Source: Waterburya sp.
GTDB taxonomy: Bacteria > Cyanobacteriota > Cyanobacteriia > Cyanobacteriales > Xenococcaceae
Length of the DNA stretch: 64,000 nucleotides
Direction of reading: 5' to 3'
Assembly: GCA_965217895.1 (NCBI GenBank)
Contig: CBDCJV010000002.1
Span: 3,744,001-3,808,000 of the forward strand
Part shown: one piece after another, positions 62,225 through 64,000 of the stretch
Layout of the letters: each line of letters opens with the position of its first letter
Position numbering within the stretch: position 1 is the stretch's first letter
Program-made: the position numbers and the translations under genes
Notes under the pieces: generated by a model
The model's database searches: none
What the model was told of the DNA's origin: nothing
What the model saw: only the letters and a program-made list of their open reading frames with translations

Positions 62225-62968
62225 TTATTTTAGATTAGAAAAAATAATATATAAGATAGATATCAAAGCAATAATAATACAGACTAATTGAATTTTGAAA
62301 AGATAGCTGATATTTTGCTGTAGTCTTTCTTGACTGTGTTTCAGGTGATCGACCTTAAATTGGAGATGCGAATCTCTATCTCTAAGTAGTGCCATTTCTT
62401 TTTGTAGCACTCTCTCAATTTTGCTTTCCATAGTTTGTTCTAAACTATTTGTTTGCGTTTCCTCTAGCCGTTTATTTATCTTATTTAAAGATTTATATAA
62501 GTAATTTGACTTTCTTTTTAGTTCTAAAATCTCCTCAGTTTCGGATTTTTCGCTAATTATTTTATAGAGATATTTTTCGGTCAACTCGGCACTTAGTTGA
62601 AAGTAACCTTGATTGACATAATAAATAGCATTTTTAAGTTCTGGGGACGTAGTATTTTTTAATAAATATCCTTTTGCTCCGTATTGCAAAGCTTTGCTAA
62701 AATGCTGTTCATTATCGTGAACTGTCAGTATTAAAACTTTAGTCTCAACAAAACTTTCGGTAATAATCTTTGTTGCTGACAAACCATTCATTTTCGGCAT
62801 TTCCACATCCATCAACACCACATCTGGCTTTAAGGTAGAAATCTTGTCAATTGCCTCTTGACCATTGTTGGCAAAGCCAACTATCTTAATTTCAGGTTCA
62901 GATTTTAAATAAGTTTCTATCAGCCTATGAGTTAGATTTTGATCGTCAACAACAAGAACGTTAATCAT
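62225..62968 (-). CDS. NarL-type receiver protein with coiled coil and C-terminal TM helix
   Basis: VLVVDDQ..DVVLMDVEMP..GAKGYLLK; tail IQLVCIIIALISILYIIFSNLK. Confidence 0.85.
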   Translation of the reverse strand: MINVLVVDDQNLTHRLIETYLKSEPEIKIVGFANNGQEAIDKISTLKPDVVLMDVEMPKMNGLSATKIITESFVETKVLILTVHDNEQHFSKALQYGAKGYLLKNTTSPELKNAIYYVNQGYFQLSAELTEKYLYKIISEKSETEEILELKRKSNYLYKSLNKINKRLEETQTNSLEQTMESKIERVLQKEMALLRDRDSHLQFKVDHLKHSQERLQQNISYLFKIQLVCIIIALISILYIIFSNLK

Positions 62969-63849
62969 GCAAAGTTATAATTCAACACTAGATATTTTCT
63001 AGAACAAATCGCTTGATTTAGGTTATTTCTAGTTTACCGATCAAGTATACAGTTTTTCTTACAAGACATTCAATGGAAATTTTGTTGGTAATTTACCTAC
63101 GAATAATGGCTTAAGCCATTTGTCTTATACTTGGTATGTTGTTTTCTAGGTTTGTGCTAAATATTTAATTAAAGGCAACTAATAACTAATAACTTGCTAA
63201 CTCATTATTTATTGCAAGCTATTAGTTATCATCATAGTCAATAGATTGCTGAACAAACAATGATTTATTAATTGGGTAATATTATTTATAAACGCTTTAC
63301 AGATTTTTAATAGATAAAAGCGATCGCGCTTATAGTAATAGTAATGGTTCGGACAAAATTTAATTATTAACGAAACAGCAGCTATCAAAGCCCTTTTCGA
63401 GTTGAAGATAATCAACGGTAAATTAGGATTTTTAACTGCTCCAACTGTTGTATAAGTGCATATTTGATTACTTTTTTCTAATGTTCTGCTAATTTAACTT
63501 AGACTTTAATCAAGCTCAAAATATAGATCTCTTGTATGAATAAAAGATTAATTATTTTTTCCTTTTTTTCTCCCATCTTGGTAGTCAATTTTGATTCGTG
63601 CAAAAGGTCTAATAACTATTGTTCAGCAAATAGTTTTGTCTTTTACTTTGTTACAATCGATGACTGAAAAATATAAAGTGAGTTATTTTATAAACAGTTT
63701 TCGATCTTCTTCAAAACTACTTTTAATTGTTTTTGAGCTTCGGTTTAATAAAGAATTAAAAAAAGGCAGTTGAAATATAATTCAACGCCAAAATTGTTGG
63801 CTACAGCTATAGGTTCGACAGTCAACAAAATCAAATCAAAATGCCAAAA

Positions 63850-63999
63850 TTACGTCAACCAGGTACTCAGCCAAATAGCAATAGTGCTTAAACTTACTCC
63901 CACTACAACTGCTAAAGGCAAAATAATTCCTGTGTCAGTCATCTTAATTATAGGAATAGAAATAGCCATCATGCCCGTTGCTAGACTCCAAATAATAGC
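63850..63999 (-). CDS. 3' end of a small membrane protein (runs off window end)
   Basis: Manual translation AIIWSLATGMMAISIPIIKMTDTGIILPLAVVVGVSLSTIAIWLSTWLT*. Confidence 0.6.
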   Translation of the reverse strand, partial: AIIWSLATGMMAISIPIIKMTDTGIILPLAVVVGVSLSTIAIWLSTWLT

Positions 64000-64000
64000 T

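Noticed and set aside
63209..63773. ORFs 63209-63415 and 63591-63773
   Set aside because: Non-ATG starts in AT-rich DNA with no recognisable motif; a decayed gene cannot be excluded.
1..64000. Abundant GCGATCGC octamers
   Set aside because: Known HIP1; used only as a taxonomic and foreign-DNA cue.

Overview
AT-rich cyanobacterial chromosome segment. Photosynthesis genes (psbZ, ndhB, a CpcS-type lyase, CRR7), sasA, a cyAbrB and frequent HIP1 GCGATCGC octamers support this; the gene style suggests a Pleurocapsales-like strain, which is inference only. Most of the window is ordinary core genome: gatB, ribH, malQ, fabD, cobU, purH, tldD, ppk1, selO, GH57, topA, ccs1/ccdA, cax, sulP and tRNA-Leu(GAG). 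I found no CRISPR array, intact transposase or prophage. The most interesting signals are: (i) three paralogous NarL-type receiver proteins that lack the LuxR HTH and end in a C-terminal transmembrane helix (tail-anchored response regulators); (ii) a methyltransferase, attC-like site and VapBC module between ccdA and ccs1, resembling a relic integron cassette; (iii) several families of very small mobile repeats, including nested hairpin composites and MITEs, one of which supplies the last codons of a c-di-GMP phosphodiesterase; (iv) an ECF sigma/anti-sigma/Spy module with a candidate autoregulated promoter, a Tat-signal aldo/keto reductase, a glycosylation/methylation cassette, a candidate 28-aa membrane microprotein and several gene relics. 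All protein calls come from motif recognition by eye; no database search was run.
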